The position numbers and the translations under genes are program-made. A stretch of 64,000 bases of DNA, from NCBI GenBank assembly GCA_902791695.1, contig CADAWR010000014.1, forward strand, positions 6,717 through 70,716. Direction: 5' to 3'. The notes under the pieces were generated by a model. That model saw only the letters and a list, made by a program, of their open reading frames with translations. It had not been told where the DNA came from and did no database searches. How positions within the stretch are numbered: position 1 is the stretch's first letter; every line of letters begins with the position of its first letter. The stretch comes from an uncultured Bacteroidota bacterium (GTDB lineage Bacteria > Bacteroidota > Bacteroidia > Bacteroidales > P3). Of this stretch, positions 9,667 through 19,555 are shown piece after piece.

Positions 9667-10709
9667 GCCGCTACTGTGTCATCATGGCCGGCGGCATCGG
9701 CAGCCGCTTCTGGCCCCTCAGCAAAAACAACTATCCAAAACAGTTCCTCGACATACTTGGAACCGGCAAGAGTTTCATCCGTGCCACATATGAACGCTTC
9801 CTACCTTTGGTACCGCCGGAGAACTTCATTGTCGTCACCAATGCCGCTTACAAGGACCTCGTCCTGCAGCAACTCCCCGAAATCAAGAAAGGAAACGTGC
9901 TCTGCGAGCCCATGCGCCGCAACACCGCGCCATGCATCGCCTACGCCGTATATCACATCCTCAGCCAGTGCCCCGAAGCCTCCATTGCCGTCACTCCTGC
10001 CGACCACCTCGTCACCAATGAGGTAGAATTCCAGCGCATCATAGGCCGTGGCCTCGACTTTGTGGAACAGCACCGCGACGCCCTCATGACCATCGGCATC
10101 AGGCCCTCACGCCCAGAGACGGGTTACGGCTACATCGAGGTTGCCACCAAACCAGGCGACGACATCGTCCCCGTGGCCTCCTTCAAAGAGAAGCCCAACC
10201 TCGAGACTGCCAAACAGTTCCTCGCGGCAGGCAACTTCTTCTGGAACTCCGGCATCTTCCTCTGGAGTACAGATGCTATCATGGACGCCTTCCGACAGTA
10301 CCTGCCCGACCTTGTGCGCCTCTTCGACGAAGGCAAGGACAAGTTCGGCACCTCGCAGGAACAGGCCTTCATCAACACACAGTTCGAGCGCTGCGAGAAC
10401 ATCAGCATCGACTACGGCGTCATGGAGCGAAGCCAGAGCCGCTACACCGTCGCTGCCGACTTCGGCTGGAGCGACATCGGCACATGGGGTTCGCTCTACA
10501 CACACGCTACCCACGACGAAGCGCAGAATGCCGTCAGCGGTCACGCCGTGGTGGTTGACACGCGCGACAGTGTCGTCAACATCGAAGACGGCTACGAGGC
10601 CATAGTCCAAGGCCTGGACCACTGCCTGGTGGCCTTGCGTGACCACTCGCTGCTGGTATGCCGCCTCGACGACGAGCAGCAGATAAAACACTGGGTTGAG
10701 AAACTCTGA
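9663..10709 (+). CDS. Mannose-1-phosphate guanylyltransferase-like nucleotidyltransferase
   Basis: [20 protein letters not shown]-terminus, with TPADH and GYGYI motifs. ATGA overlap with lptB. Confidence 0.85.
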   Translation: MSRYCVIMAGGIGSRFWPLSKNNYPKQFLDILGTGKSFIRATYERFLPLVPPENFIVVTNAAYKDLVLQQLPEIKKGNVLCEPMRRNTAPCIAYAVYHILSQCPEASIAVTPADHLVTNEVEFQRIIGRGLDFVEQHRDALMTIGIRPSRPETGYGYIEVATKPGDDIVPVASFKEKPNLETAKQFLAAGNFFWNSGIFLWSTDAIMDAFRQYLPDLVRLFDEGKDKFGTSQEQAFINTQFERCENISIDYGVMERSQSRYTVAADFGWSDIGTWGSLYTHATHDEAQNAVSGHAVVVDTRDSVVNIEDGYEAIVQGLDHCLVALRDHSLLVCRLDDEQQIKHWVEKL

Positions 10710-10716
10710 AAACACA

Positions 10717-10753
10717 AATGCGGGCCGCTCGATGAGCGGCCCGCATTCTTTTC
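10717..10753 (+). terminator. Intrinsic terminator after the kdsD-lptB-manC-like operon
   Basis: aatgcgggccgctc-gatg-agcggcccgcatt followed by cttttct. Confidence 0.7.
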
Positions 10754-10759
10754 TACCTC

Positions 10760-10918
10760 TTAGTTCAAGAAGAGGTCAACCGGCATGCCCTCTATCTCCA
10801 CAGTCCTGTAGCTGCGGGCGAAACTCATGATGTTTTGCACCACTTGCTCCGAGGGGCGTATGTCTGTGCTTGCAGGCGAAAATGTGTCAATGCTCGTAAA
10901 ATCGTATTCCTGCATCAT
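10760..10918 (-). CDS. Possible small ORF (52 aa), not in the supplied track
   Basis: Manual translation: MMQEYDFTSIDTFSPASTDIRPSEQVVQNIMSFARSYRTVEIEGMPVDLFLN. Co-directional and last in the efp/QC gene string. No homology recognised. Confidence 0.3.
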   Translation of the reverse strand: MMQEYDFTSIDTFSPASTDIRPSEQVVQNIMSFARSYRTVEIEGMPVDLFLN

Positions 10919-11026
10919 ACGCGCCGTATTTTGGTTATTATTAAATTCACTAATAATAACACCATTGTTGCACTTTTATTGTGCAAAGCCAAAAATTTAA
11001 CATTTTTCCTTTACTACAGGAAAAGC

Positions 11027-11443
11027 TTAATATATAAACAGCGTGGTGCCGTCCGGGCTGGCATGGTACTGGTGCAACGGACACACCGTCGAGGAGCCCT
11101 CGAGCGGCGAGCCGCTAGAGACCACCTCGAAGCGAGAGCCGCACGAGGGGCATTTCAACGTCACCGCGTTGTGGTCATCGTCGGGCAGCATGCGCACGTC
11201 GTGGTCCTGCGGACAGGCACACTCGAAAGCCATGTACTCGCCAAAGCCGGAACAGCGCACCAAAATGCCGCGATGACCCTTGTTGAGTACCACTGTGCCG
11301 CCCACGTTGTTGTAGATATCCGGAAAGTCGGGCAAATATATAGCACCGGTCTCCCCTATCGGCACATCGCACCGGTCACGCTTGCAGGCTGTCAGCGCAA
11401 GCACACTGGCAACAATATATAGCCAACGTCTCACTTGCTGCAA
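11027..11443 (-). CDS. Cys-rich lipoprotein (Rieske-fold-like?), hypothetical
   Basis: Lipobox LALTAC. CACPQDH...CPSCGSRF motif pair. 13-nt overlap with the upstream QC gene. Confidence 0.65.
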   Translation of the reverse strand: MQQVRRWLYIVASVLALTACKRDRCDVPIGETGAIYLPDFPDIYNNVGGTVVLNKGHRGILVRCSGFGEYMAFECACPQDHDVRMLPDDDHNAVTLKCPSCGSRFEVVSSGSPLEGSSTVCPLHQYHASPDGTTLFIY

Positions 11444-12423
11444 GGATAGTCGCCGTAAATGGTTTTCATAGTGACCACAGCCACCGTGCGCATAGCCTCT
11501 GCGCTGAGGTTGTCCAGATTGTCAGTGGTTGTGTGCCAGTGCGTGAAGAAACTGGTGGTACCGCTGTTCTGCACGATATCAACCATCGGTATGCCGGCAA
11601 TCTGGTTAACATACATGTGGTCGTCGAGTATGGGATCCGTGTTCTGCGCCACAAAGATATGGCCATAACCCAGCGCAGCGGCCACACTCCATATCTTGTC
11701 AGTCAATCCCGGCGCATAGTAGCGGCTCACCTGCTCCTTGGTATAGCGGGGCTGCATGGTGCCCACCATGTCGAACAACACACCGTAGACGGCATTGTAG
11801 GCCGGCACATGGCGGTTCTGCGCCCAATATTGTGAGCCCTTGCACCAAGTGTTGTCTTCATAGCCGTCGGCCCACTCGGGCTGGCCCTGGTCCTCAACAT
11901 CGAAGAATATAAAGTCCACGCCCACGCTCGGCACCATCTGGCTCATGGCGCGAGCCATCTCCATCAGCACCGCCGACCCCGAGGCGCCGTCGTTGGCGCC
12001 AGGCACCGGCTTGCGGTGGTTGCCCTCGTCGGGGTCATGGTCGGCCCACATGCGGCTGTCCCAGTGCGCCGCCAGCAGCACACGCTTGGCGGCCTGCGGA
12101 TTCAGCGAAGCTATGATGTTTTTGCCCGGCACCGTACTGCCATCCCAGAGGGTGGCCTTGAAAGGCTGCACCACCACGGTGTCGCACCAGCGGCTCATCT
12201 GCGCCGCAATGTATTCGGCACACTGCTCCCAGGCCTTCGAGCCCGGTATACGGTTGCCCAACGACACCTGTGCGGCAGCATAGCTGTAGGCCGAATCGAC
12301 ATTGAACTCAGGCACGGCAACCTGAGTGTAGTCCGTCGACGGTGCCGACGGACGCTCTGTCGGTTTATGCTTGCAGCCTGCCAGCACAAGCAAGCAGGCT
12401 GCAATTATTGCAAGTCGTTTCAA
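11431..12423 (-). CDS. M28-family glutaminyl-peptide cyclotransferase (glutaminyl cyclase) lipoprotein
   Basis: Lipobox LVLAGC. LLAAHWDSR, GANDGASG and FFDVEDQG metal-site motifs are typical of type II QC / M28 enzymes. Confidence 0.85.
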   Translation of the reverse strand: MKRLAIIAACLLVLAGCKHKPTERPSAPSTDYTQVAVPEFNVDSAYSYAAAQVSLGNRIPGSKAWEQCAEYIAAQMSRWCDTVVVQPFKATLWDGSTVPGKNIIASLNPQAAKRVLLAAHWDSRMWADHDPDEGNHRKPVPGANDGASGSAVLMEMARAMSQMVPSVGVDFIFFDVEDQGQPEWADGYEDNTWCKGSQYWAQNRHVPAYNAVYGVLFDMVGTMQPRYTKEQVSRYYAPGLTDKIWSVAAALGYGHIFVAQNTDPILDDHMYVNQIAGIPMVDIVQNSGTTSFFTHWHTTTDNLDNLSAEAMRTVAVVTMKTIYGDYPCSK

Positions 12424-12432
12424 ATCTCAATC

Positions 12433-12996
12433 TTATTTAAGACGTTCTGCATACTCGCAGGTGCGGGTGTCGACCTTGATGCGCTCGCCCTCCTTGATGA
12501 AGAGGGGCACGCGGACCTGCACGCCGGGCTCCACGGTGGCGTCCTTCATGGCGTTGGTGGCGGTGTTGCCGGCAAAGCCGGGCTCGGTATAGGTCACGAC
12601 GGTCTCGATGAACGGCGGCAGCTCGCATGTCAGCGGGGTCTCGGTGTCGGCCTCGACGGTAATCTCAACATACTGGCCGTCCTTCAGGAACTGCGGGGCA
12701 TTGATGATGGTCTCGGGGATATATATCTGCTCGTAGGTCTCGGTGTGCATGAACACATGCATGTCGCCCTCCTTGTAGAGATAGGTGTAGGGGCGGCGCT
12801 CCACGCGCACGATGTCAATCTTGGCACCGCTGGGGAAAGTGTTCTCCAGCATGCGGCCGGTCTTCACGTTGCGCATCTTGGTGCGCACAAAGGCGGCGCC
12901 CTTGCCGGGTTTCACGTGGAGGAACTCAACGATGGTGTAGATGTCGTTGTTGAAATTGATGCAGAGTCCGTTCTTGATGTCGGTGGTTGTTGCCAT
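12433..12996 (-). CDS. efp: Elongation factor P
   Basis: [43 protein letters not shown]... is classic EF-P. Confidence 0.95.
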   Translation of the reverse strand: MATTTDIKNGLCINFNNDIYTIVEFLHVKPGKGAAFVRTKMRNVKTGRMLENTFPSGAKIDIVRVERRPYTYLYKEGDMHVFMHTETYEQIYIPETIINAPQFLKDGQYVEITVEADTETPLTCELPPFIETVVTYTEPGFAGNTATNAMKDATVEPGVQVRVPLFIKEGERIKVDTRTCEYAERLK

Positions 12997-13010
12997 AAAT
13001 TACTGAATGT

Positions 13011-13280
13011 TTATTTGTTATTATTGTTTTTCTTCTTCTCTTCGGCCAGAAGCAGCGTCAGGCGCCGCAGGTCGTCGTGCAGCTGGTCAATCTCCTCCTC
13101 GGCGGCCTTGAAGCGGCGGCGCTCCATAAGCCATCGCATGGCTATGGCCAGTGCCACAAGTATCATCGTCAGCGACAGGCGCATCGGGTTATCCTTCATC
13201 AAGAAGAATATCGCCGTGGCAACCAAAATCAGCACGTATGATGCTATCTCATATATCTTTATAACAGTCTTGTGGCTCAT
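13011..13280 (-). CDS. Small membrane protein, hypothetical
   Basis: Start taken at MSHKT (ATG 13278-13280). Two hydrophobic helices, then a charged coiled tail ending KKKNNNNK. Confidence 0.55.
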   Translation of the reverse strand: MSHKTVIKIYEIASYVLILVATAIFFLMKDNPMRLSLTMILVALAIAMRWLMERRRFKAAEEEIDQLHDDLRRLTLLLAEEKKKNNNNK

Positions 13281-13344
13281 TTTCACGTTAGATTTGAAAG
13301 TGCAAATATACACATTTTTTTATAAATGGAAATATTTTTTCATC

Positions 13345-13446
13345 CCCGCACCTGCGCACCCGCTCCGTACCCGCTCCGTACCCGCTCCGACTGTTCACCG
13401 GTTGTTTAACGGTTTTTGGTCGGAGGGGGGACGGAGCGGGTACGGA
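13345..13446. repeat. Intergenic palindromic element, copy A (truncated; contains 3 tandem 11-nt units ACCCGCTCCGT)
   Basis: ccgtacccgctccg...ctgttcaccggttgtttaacggttt...cggagcgggtacgg. Shares arms with the copies at 30431, 40417 and 54028. Confidence 0.8.
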
Positions 13447-13551
13447 AGTGCTTGGGATGGGCATGAGGCGGACTGGAGATGGCGGGAATTATTTTGGCGG
13501 CGGCATACTTTTTCGGCCGGGACGGCGTTAATGGGGGAAAACAACAACATC

Positions 13552-14226
13552 ATGGAACTGAAAGAGACTCTAAAGGATTTGGTATTCAGCAAGAGCGAGT
13601 TGAAGAAGACCGTCTTCGACATCACCAAGGAGACCTTCGAGCTGTTCCGCTCGACAACGCGCGAGCTCATAGGCCTCTTCCACGAGCAGTGCATCAAAGA
13701 GGGCAAGAACGTGGCCTTCGAGTTCACCGACCGCGGCGACTTCGAGTTCGAGGTGAAGTTTGCGGGCGACATACTGCTGTTCATGATGCACACCAATGTC
13801 TTCGAGATTCCGCGCGACCACCAAGTGATGAAGTCGCCCTACATACGCGAGGACACGACGCGCTCCTACTGCGGTGCGATACACATCTACAATTTCCTTG
13901 CCGACTCGTTCGCCTACCAACGTGACAATGACTTGGGCTATATGATTGGCCGCGTGTTCGTTAACAAGGAGAAACACTACTTCATCGAGGGCAAGCGCGA
14001 GCTGGGCATGCTGTACACGAATTTCAACACATCCGTTGTAAATCAGGACACTGTGCAAGGTATAGTGGAATCGGCCATCGAGTACACCACCAATTTTGAC
14101 CTTTTGACCCCTCCGTTCGACGAAGTCAAGGTGGTCTCGGTGGGTGAGATGAAAAACAATTTCGACAAAAAATCGCTTGTCACCGGCAAACGTTTAGGCT
14201 TTAGGTTTCAAGCAGATAACGAGTAG
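13552..14226 (+). CDS. Conserved hypothetical protein
   Basis: This is the only plausible coding part of the 736-aa ORF. It starts at MELKETLKDL (alternative MGENNNI at 13531), has normal composition and sits downstream of repeat A. Confidence 0.7.
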   Translation: MELKETLKDLVFSKSELKKTVFDITKETFELFRSTTRELIGLFHEQCIKEGKNVAFEFTDRGDFEFEVKFAGDILLFMMHTNVFEIPRDHQVMKSPYIREDTTRSYCGAIHIYNFLADSFAYQRDNDLGYMIGRVFVNKEKHYFIEGKRELGMLYTNFNTSVVNQDTVQGIVESAIEYTTNFDLLTPPFDEVKVVSVGEMKNNFDKKSLVTGKRLGFRFQADNE

Positions 14227-14286
14227 ACGGCAGAGGTTTTCAACCGATGGAGTTGAAAAAAATTTTGCCATGTCGAAAATAGTTAG

Positions 14287-14294
14287 TAATTTTG
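14287..14294 (+). promoter_or_regulatory. Candidate -7 box (TAATTTTG) upstream of tRNA-Glu
   Basis: TAnnTTTG match about 50 nt upstream of the tRNA 5' end. Confidence 0.35.
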
Positions 14295-14346
14295 CACCCG
14301 CTTTTTGCGGAAAAAGTACCCTTTAGGGTAGCCCCAAAAGCACTGC

Positions 14347-14421
14347 GCCGCGTTCGTCTAGTAGGCCCAGGACGTGAGATTTTCATTCTCAAAATCGCGG
14401 GTTCGAATCCCGCACGCGGTA
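14347..14421 (+). tRNA. tRNA-Glu (anticodon UUC)
   Basis: Manual cloverleaf. Acceptor GCCGCGT/ACGCGGT. D arm GTCT-AGTAGGCCCA-GGAC (Glu-typical). Anticodon stem TGAGA/TCTCA with loop TT-TTC-AT. T arm GCGGG-TTCGAAT-CCCGC. Discriminator A. No encoded CCA. Confidence 0.9.
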
Positions 14422-14463
14422 CGAGAGAACAAGAAAAACAAAGAATAAGAACAACAAGAATTT

Positions 14464-14715
14464 ATGGCACACCACAAGTCTGCAAAGAAAAGAATCCGCT
14501 CCACTGAGAAAAAGAGAGTCGAGAACCGCTACTATGCCAAGACCATGCGCAACGCCCTGCGTGACTTCCGCGCCCTGACCGACAAGGCCGTAGCCACCGA
14601 GCGCCTGCCCAAGATGGTCTCCATCATCGACAAGCTGGCCAAGCGTTCTGTCATCCACAAGAACAAAGCCGCCAACCTCAAGTCGAAGTGCATGCGTCAG
14701 GTCAACGCCATGTAA
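14464..14715 (+). CDS. rpsT: 30S ribosomal protein S20
   Basis: MAHHKSAKKRIRSTEKKRVENRYY... Confidence 0.95.
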   Translation: MAHHKSAKKRIRSTEKKRVENRYYAKTMRNALRDFRALTDKAVATERLPKMVSIIDKLAKRSVIHKNKAANLKSKCMRQVNAM

Positions 14716-14749
14716 GCGGCGACCGCGCAACAGCGAGCAGAAAGACAAT

Positions 14750-14780
14750 AGCCGACCGCCGCAAGGGGTTGGCTTTTTTC
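14750..14780 (+). terminator. Intrinsic terminator after rpsT
   Basis: agccgacc-gccgcaagg-ggttggct (one G-U pair) followed by tttttt. Confidence 0.6.
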
Positions 14781-14809
14781 TGTTCAAGACGAGCGCACAA
14801 ACACATTAA

Positions 14810-16135
<1,326 letters not shown>

Positions 16136-16159
16136 AGGAAAGTAAATAATAAAAGGAAG

Positions 16160-16185
16160 GGCAGGCTTTCGCCTGCCTTTTTTTG
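16160..16185. terminator. Bidirectional terminator between eno and the MarC-family gene
   Basis: ggcaggc-tttc-gcctgcc followed by ttttttt, with A-rich sequence upstream. Confidence 0.75.
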
Positions 16186-16186
16186 T

Positions 16187-16774
16187 TTATCCATGGAAGA
16201 CCGCCATGATGTTGCCGACAAAGAGCTTGACGGCCATGGCGAGAAGGATAACACCGAAGAACTTGCGCAGCACGTAGATGATGTCGGCACCCAGCCAGTG
16301 GGTTATCTTGTCTAGGTAGCGCAGCACGAAGTAGTCGATAATGATGTTGAGTGCGAGGCCAATCATGATGTTGATGGTCTCGTACTCGGCGTGCAGCGAG
16401 ATGAAAGCGGTGATGGCCCCCGGGCCTGCTATCAACGGGAATGCGATTGGTACAATGCTGGCACCGGACGAGGCGGGCTCGTTCTTTATGATGTCGCGCC
16501 CCAGTATCATCTCGAAGGCGAGGATAAACAGGACCACAGAGCCGGCGACGGCGAACGACGGCATGTCGATGCCGAAAAGCTTGAGCAACTGGTCGCCGAC
16601 GATGAAGAAGCCGACGAAGAGCAGCAGTGCAGCGCCGGTGGCCTGGAACGGCTTGATTTTCGTACCCTTGTCGCGCATAGACACAAAGATGGGTATCGAC
16701 CCCGTGATGTCGATGATGGCGAACATCACCAAGAATGAGCTGAAGATTTCCTTAAAGCTTAATACTTGTAACAT
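16187..16774 (-). CDS. MarC family (UPF0056) integral membrane protein
   Basis: 195 aa, multi-pass hydrophobic, with FAIIDITGSIPIF and PLIAGPGAI motifs. Confidence 0.88.
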   Translation of the reverse strand: MLQVLSFKEIFSSFLVMFAIIDITGSIPIFVSMRDKGTKIKPFQATGAALLLFVGFFIVGDQLLKLFGIDMPSFAVAGSVVLFILAFEMILGRDIIKNEPASSGASIVPIAFPLIAGPGAITAFISLHAEYETINIMIGLALNIIIDYFVLRYLDKITHWLGADIIYVLRKFFGVILLAMAVKLFVGNIMAVFHG

Positions 16775-16777
16775 ATA

Positions 16778-17719
16778 TTATTGCGGTTTTACTGTATCTT
16801 CAATGATAGACAGATAGTTGCGGTAGCGTTCGGCGCTGATGCGGCCTTCTTCGACGGCCTCCTTGACGGCGCAGTGGGGCTCGTGGCGGTGAGTGCAGTT
16901 GGCGAAGTAGCAGTCGTGCAGCACAGCGCGCATCTCGGGGAAGAAATGGGATAACTCCTGCGGCGTGAAGTCCACCATGCCGAACTCCTTGATGCCGGGG
17001 GTGTCGATCAGGTAGCTGAGTGGCTGAGTGGCCGAGAGGCTGAGTTCAACGGGGTGGATTTCCGCGAAGGTTGTCGTGTGCTTGCCCTTGAGGCTCCAGT
17101 CAGAAATGGCGCCCATCTTGAGGGCCAGGCCGGGACAGATAGCGTTGAGAAGGGCGCTTTTGCCAACGCCACTGTGGCCACTGAAGAGAACTGTCTTGCC
17201 TGCAATGAGAGTCTTGAGGTCATCAATACCGGTACCTTTTAGGGCAGAGACCTCGAGCACAGGATAACCAACGGAACGGTAGAGTTCCGAGAGCTCGTTC
17301 TGCATGGCACACAACTCGTCGTCGACAAGCAGGTCGCACTTGTTGAAGACTATACATGCCGGTATGTGGTAGGCCTCGGCAGTGACAAGCAGGCGGTCGA
17401 TAAAGCCCGTGGAGGTGCGCGGCAAGCCGAGGGTGGCGACGATGCACAGCAGGTCTATGTTGGCGGCAATGACGTGGGTCTGCTTGCTGAGCTTGGTGGC
17501 GCGGCGCACTATGTAATTGTTGCGGTCGCACACCTCGTGTATCACGCCTGTACCGTCGGCTTCCATAGCGAATAGCACATGGTCGCCCACGGCAACAGGG
17601 TTGGTCTGCTTGTTGCCACGCAGACGGTAGTTGCCACGCAGGCGGCATTCGACAATATTGCTATCCACCAATACCCGGTACCAGTTGCCGGTAGTTCTTA
17701 TGACCAAACCTTCCTGCAT
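16778..17719 (-). CDS. rsgA: Ribosome small-subunit-dependent GTPase A
   Basis: Start set at MQEGLVIRTTGNWYRV (ATG 17717-17719). Circularly permuted GTPase motifs NKCDL and GHSGVGKSALLN. C-terminal zinc knuckle CTHRHEPHCAV. Confidence 0.9.
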   Translation of the reverse strand: MQEGLVIRTTGNWYRVLVDSNIVECRLRGNYRLRGNKQTNPVAVGDHVLFAMEADGTGVIHEVCDRNNYIVRRATKLSKQTHVIAANIDLLCIVATLGLPRTSTGFIDRLLVTAEAYHIPACIVFNKCDLLVDDELCAMQNELSELYRSVGYPVLEVSALKGTGIDDLKTLIAGKTVLFSGHSGVGKSALLNAICPGLALKMGAISDWSLKGKHTTTFAEIHPVELSLSATQPLSYLIDTPGIKEFGMVDFTPQELSHFFPEMRAVLHDCYFANCTHRHEPHCAVKEAVEEGRISAERYRNYLSIIEDTVKPQ

Positions 17720-17770
17720 TGTTTTCAGGCTGCAAAAATACGACTTTTTTTTCACATGGATTATTTTTGC

Positions 17771-17778
17771 TATATTTG
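17771..17778 (+). promoter_or_regulatory. Candidate -7 box (TATATTTG) for cdd
   Basis: TAnnTTTG 22 nt upstream of the ATG at 17800. A second match (TATTTTTG) is at 17762-17769. Confidence 0.4.
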
Positions 17779-17799
17779 CAGCAATAATCTTGAGCTAAA

Positions 17800-18273
17800 A
17801 TGACAGAGAAATCACTGACAATCAAATATAAGGAGTACGTTAATATCGACTCTTTGGACAAAGCCGACAAGGAGTTGATGCTACGCGCAATAGCTGCTAC
17901 CGACGGGGCCTATGCGCCCTACTCGGGCTTCCATGTAGGTGCCGCTCTGCGGCTGGCTGACGGCAGCATTGTTGTGGGTAACAACCAGGAGAATGTCGCC
18001 TATCCATCGGGGCTCTGCGCCGAGCGCACGGCTCTCTTTGCGGCCTCGGCCCAGCGGCCCGATATGCGCAACTACACCGCACTTGCAATAGCAGGGCGCA
18101 ACGCTGCCGGTGAACTCTGTGAGGCGTCGCCATGCGGTGCTTGCCGTCAGGTAATGTTGGAATACGAGCAGCAGCAAGGTCATGCGTTACGTGTCCTATG
18201 TCTACAGCGAGGTGGTTCGGTGCGTGAAGTGAGCAGTGTGGCCGACCTGATGCCGTTCAGTTTCGGCATGTGA
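17800..18273 (+). CDS. cdd: Cytidine deaminase
   Basis: CAERTALF and PCGACRQVMLE zinc-binding motifs. Confidence 0.9.
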   Translation: MTEKSLTIKYKEYVNIDSLDKADKELMLRAIAATDGAYAPYSGFHVGAALRLADGSIVVGNNQENVAYPSGLCAERTALFAASAQRPDMRNYTALAIAGRNAAGELCEASPCGACRQVMLEYEQQQGHALRVLCLQRGGSVREVSSVADLMPFSFGM

Positions 18274-18324
18274 GCAGCGCATAAAAAAAGTAAAATAATT
18301 AAGCGCGGAATAAAAATTATTTTG

Positions 18325-18332
18325 TATTTTTG
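18325..18332 (+). promoter_or_regulatory. Candidate -7 box (TATTTTTG) for the tdh-like gene
   Basis: TAnnTTTG about 100 nt upstream of the ATG at 18433. Confidence 0.35.
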
Positions 18333-18346
18333 TAAGCGTCAACCGT

Positions 18347-18385
18347 AATGGCAACATTACACAACAATGTGTGCCATTGCGTTTT
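18347..18385 (+). promoter_or_regulatory. Leader hairpin followed by a short U-tract (possible attenuator)
   Basis: aatggcaacatt-acacaac-aatgtGtgccatt, then gcgtttta. Lies between the candidate promoter and the start codon. Confidence 0.3.
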
Positions 18386-18432
18386 ATGGGTATAAATAAC
18401 TAAATAACAGATAATATAAAAATAAAATAACG

Positions 18433-19380
18433 ATGAAAAAGATTCTTATCGTCGGTGCAGGCGGACAGATTGGTTCCGAGCTCACCCGTAATCTGAGAGA
18501 CATCTATGGCGACACTAACGTTGTGTGCAGCGACCTGCGTCCCCTGAAGGGCGACCCCTACGAGCGTGGCCCCGTGGAGCGCATCGACAGCACACAGATT
18601 ATGCAGATAGCCGCTGCGGTGAAGCAGTACAACATTGACACCATCTACAACCTGGCGGCCATCCTCAGCGCCACCGCCGAGTTGAACCCCATGCTGGGTT
18701 GGAATGTAGGTATCGGTAGCTTGGTCAACTGCCTAGAGGTGGCCCGCCTCTTCGGCTGCGCCGTCTTCACTCCCTCCAGTATCGGTGCTTTCGGCCCCTC
18801 GACGCCGCATGTCAACACCCCGCAGGACACCATCCAGCGCCCCAACACCATCTACGGCGTCACCAAGGTCACCGGCGAGCTGCTGAGCGACTACTACTTC
18901 ACCCGCTTCGGCGTCGACACCCGCTCGGTCCGCTTCCCCGGCCTCATCAGCTACCAGACCCTCCCCGGCGGCGGTACCACAGACTACGCTGTGGAGATCT
19001 ACTATGCCGCCGTCAAGGGCGAGAAGTTCGTCTGCCCACTGAAGAAAGGCACCCTCATGGACATGATGTACATGCCCGACGCCCAGAAGGCCATGATCGA
19101 CATCATGGAGGCCGACCCCAGCAAGCTGGTGCACCGCAACAGCTTCAACGTCACAGCCATGAGCTTTGGTCCCGAAACCATCTACGAGGTCATCAAAAAG
19201 CGCTACCCGCAGTTCGAGATGGTCTACGAGCCCGAGCCCATCAAGCAGGCCATCGCCGACTCCTGGCCCGACAACATGGACGACTCCTGCGCCCGCAAGG
19301 AGTGGGGCTGGAACCCGCAGTACGACCTGGAGAGGATGACCGACGACATGATCCTCAACCTCAAGAAGAAGCTGCTGTAA
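18433..19380 (+). CDS. NAD-dependent epimerase/dehydratase family protein, L-threonine 3-dehydrogenase-like
   Basis: MKKILIVGAGGQIGSELT Rossmann N-terminus and catalytic YGVTK. Overall resembles short-chain-type TDH of Bacteroidota. Confidence 0.8.
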   Translation: MKKILIVGAGGQIGSELTRNLRDIYGDTNVVCSDLRPLKGDPYERGPVERIDSTQIMQIAAAVKQYNIDTIYNLAAILSATAELNPMLGWNVGIGSLVNCLEVARLFGCAVFTPSSIGAFGPSTPHVNTPQDTIQRPNTIYGVTKVTGELLSDYYFTRFGVDTRSVRFPGLISYQTLPGGGTTDYAVEIYYAAVKGEKFVCPLKKGTLMDMMYMPDAQKAMIDIMEADPSKLVHRNSFNVTAMSFGPETIYEVIKKRYPQFEMVYEPEPIKQAIADSWPDNMDDSCARKEWGWNPQYDLERMTDDMILNLKKKLL

Positions 19381-19435
19381 TTTTTTAGTAGTTAAGTAGA
19401 TAGTAGATAAGGCAATACTGATACAAACCCCAAGC

Positions 19436-19474
19436 GAAGGCTACCGACCGAAAAGATTGGTAGCCTTCTTTTTC
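19436..19474 (+). terminator. Intrinsic terminator after the tdh-like gene
   Basis: gaaggctacc-(13 nt)-ggtagccttc followed by ttttt. Confidence 0.7.
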
Positions 19475-19555
19475 GTAAAAAATGTTAAAACCAACCCTCG
19501 CCGCCGCTCCATTTATAATGTCAGGGTTATTATATTTGTAGAGAGGCACAAAACG

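Noticed and set aside
12016-13530. N-terminal part (about 500 aa) of the 736-aa plus-strand ORF
   Set aside because: It runs antisense to the well-supported QC, efp and small-membrane-protein genes. It is Gly/Ala/His/Leu/Val-rich, as is typical of antisense frames in GC-rich DNA, and it crosses palindromic repeat A. Only the segment from 13552 (or 13531) onward looks like a real gene.
17008-17045. GCTGAGTGGCTGAGTGGCCGAGAGGCTGAG motif inside rsgA, resembling the stem sequence (GAGTGGCTGAG) of the hairpin at 32848-32897
   Set aside because: The shared string is short, lies in a conserved coding region, and lacks the partner arm. I judged it coincidental rather than a repeat family.
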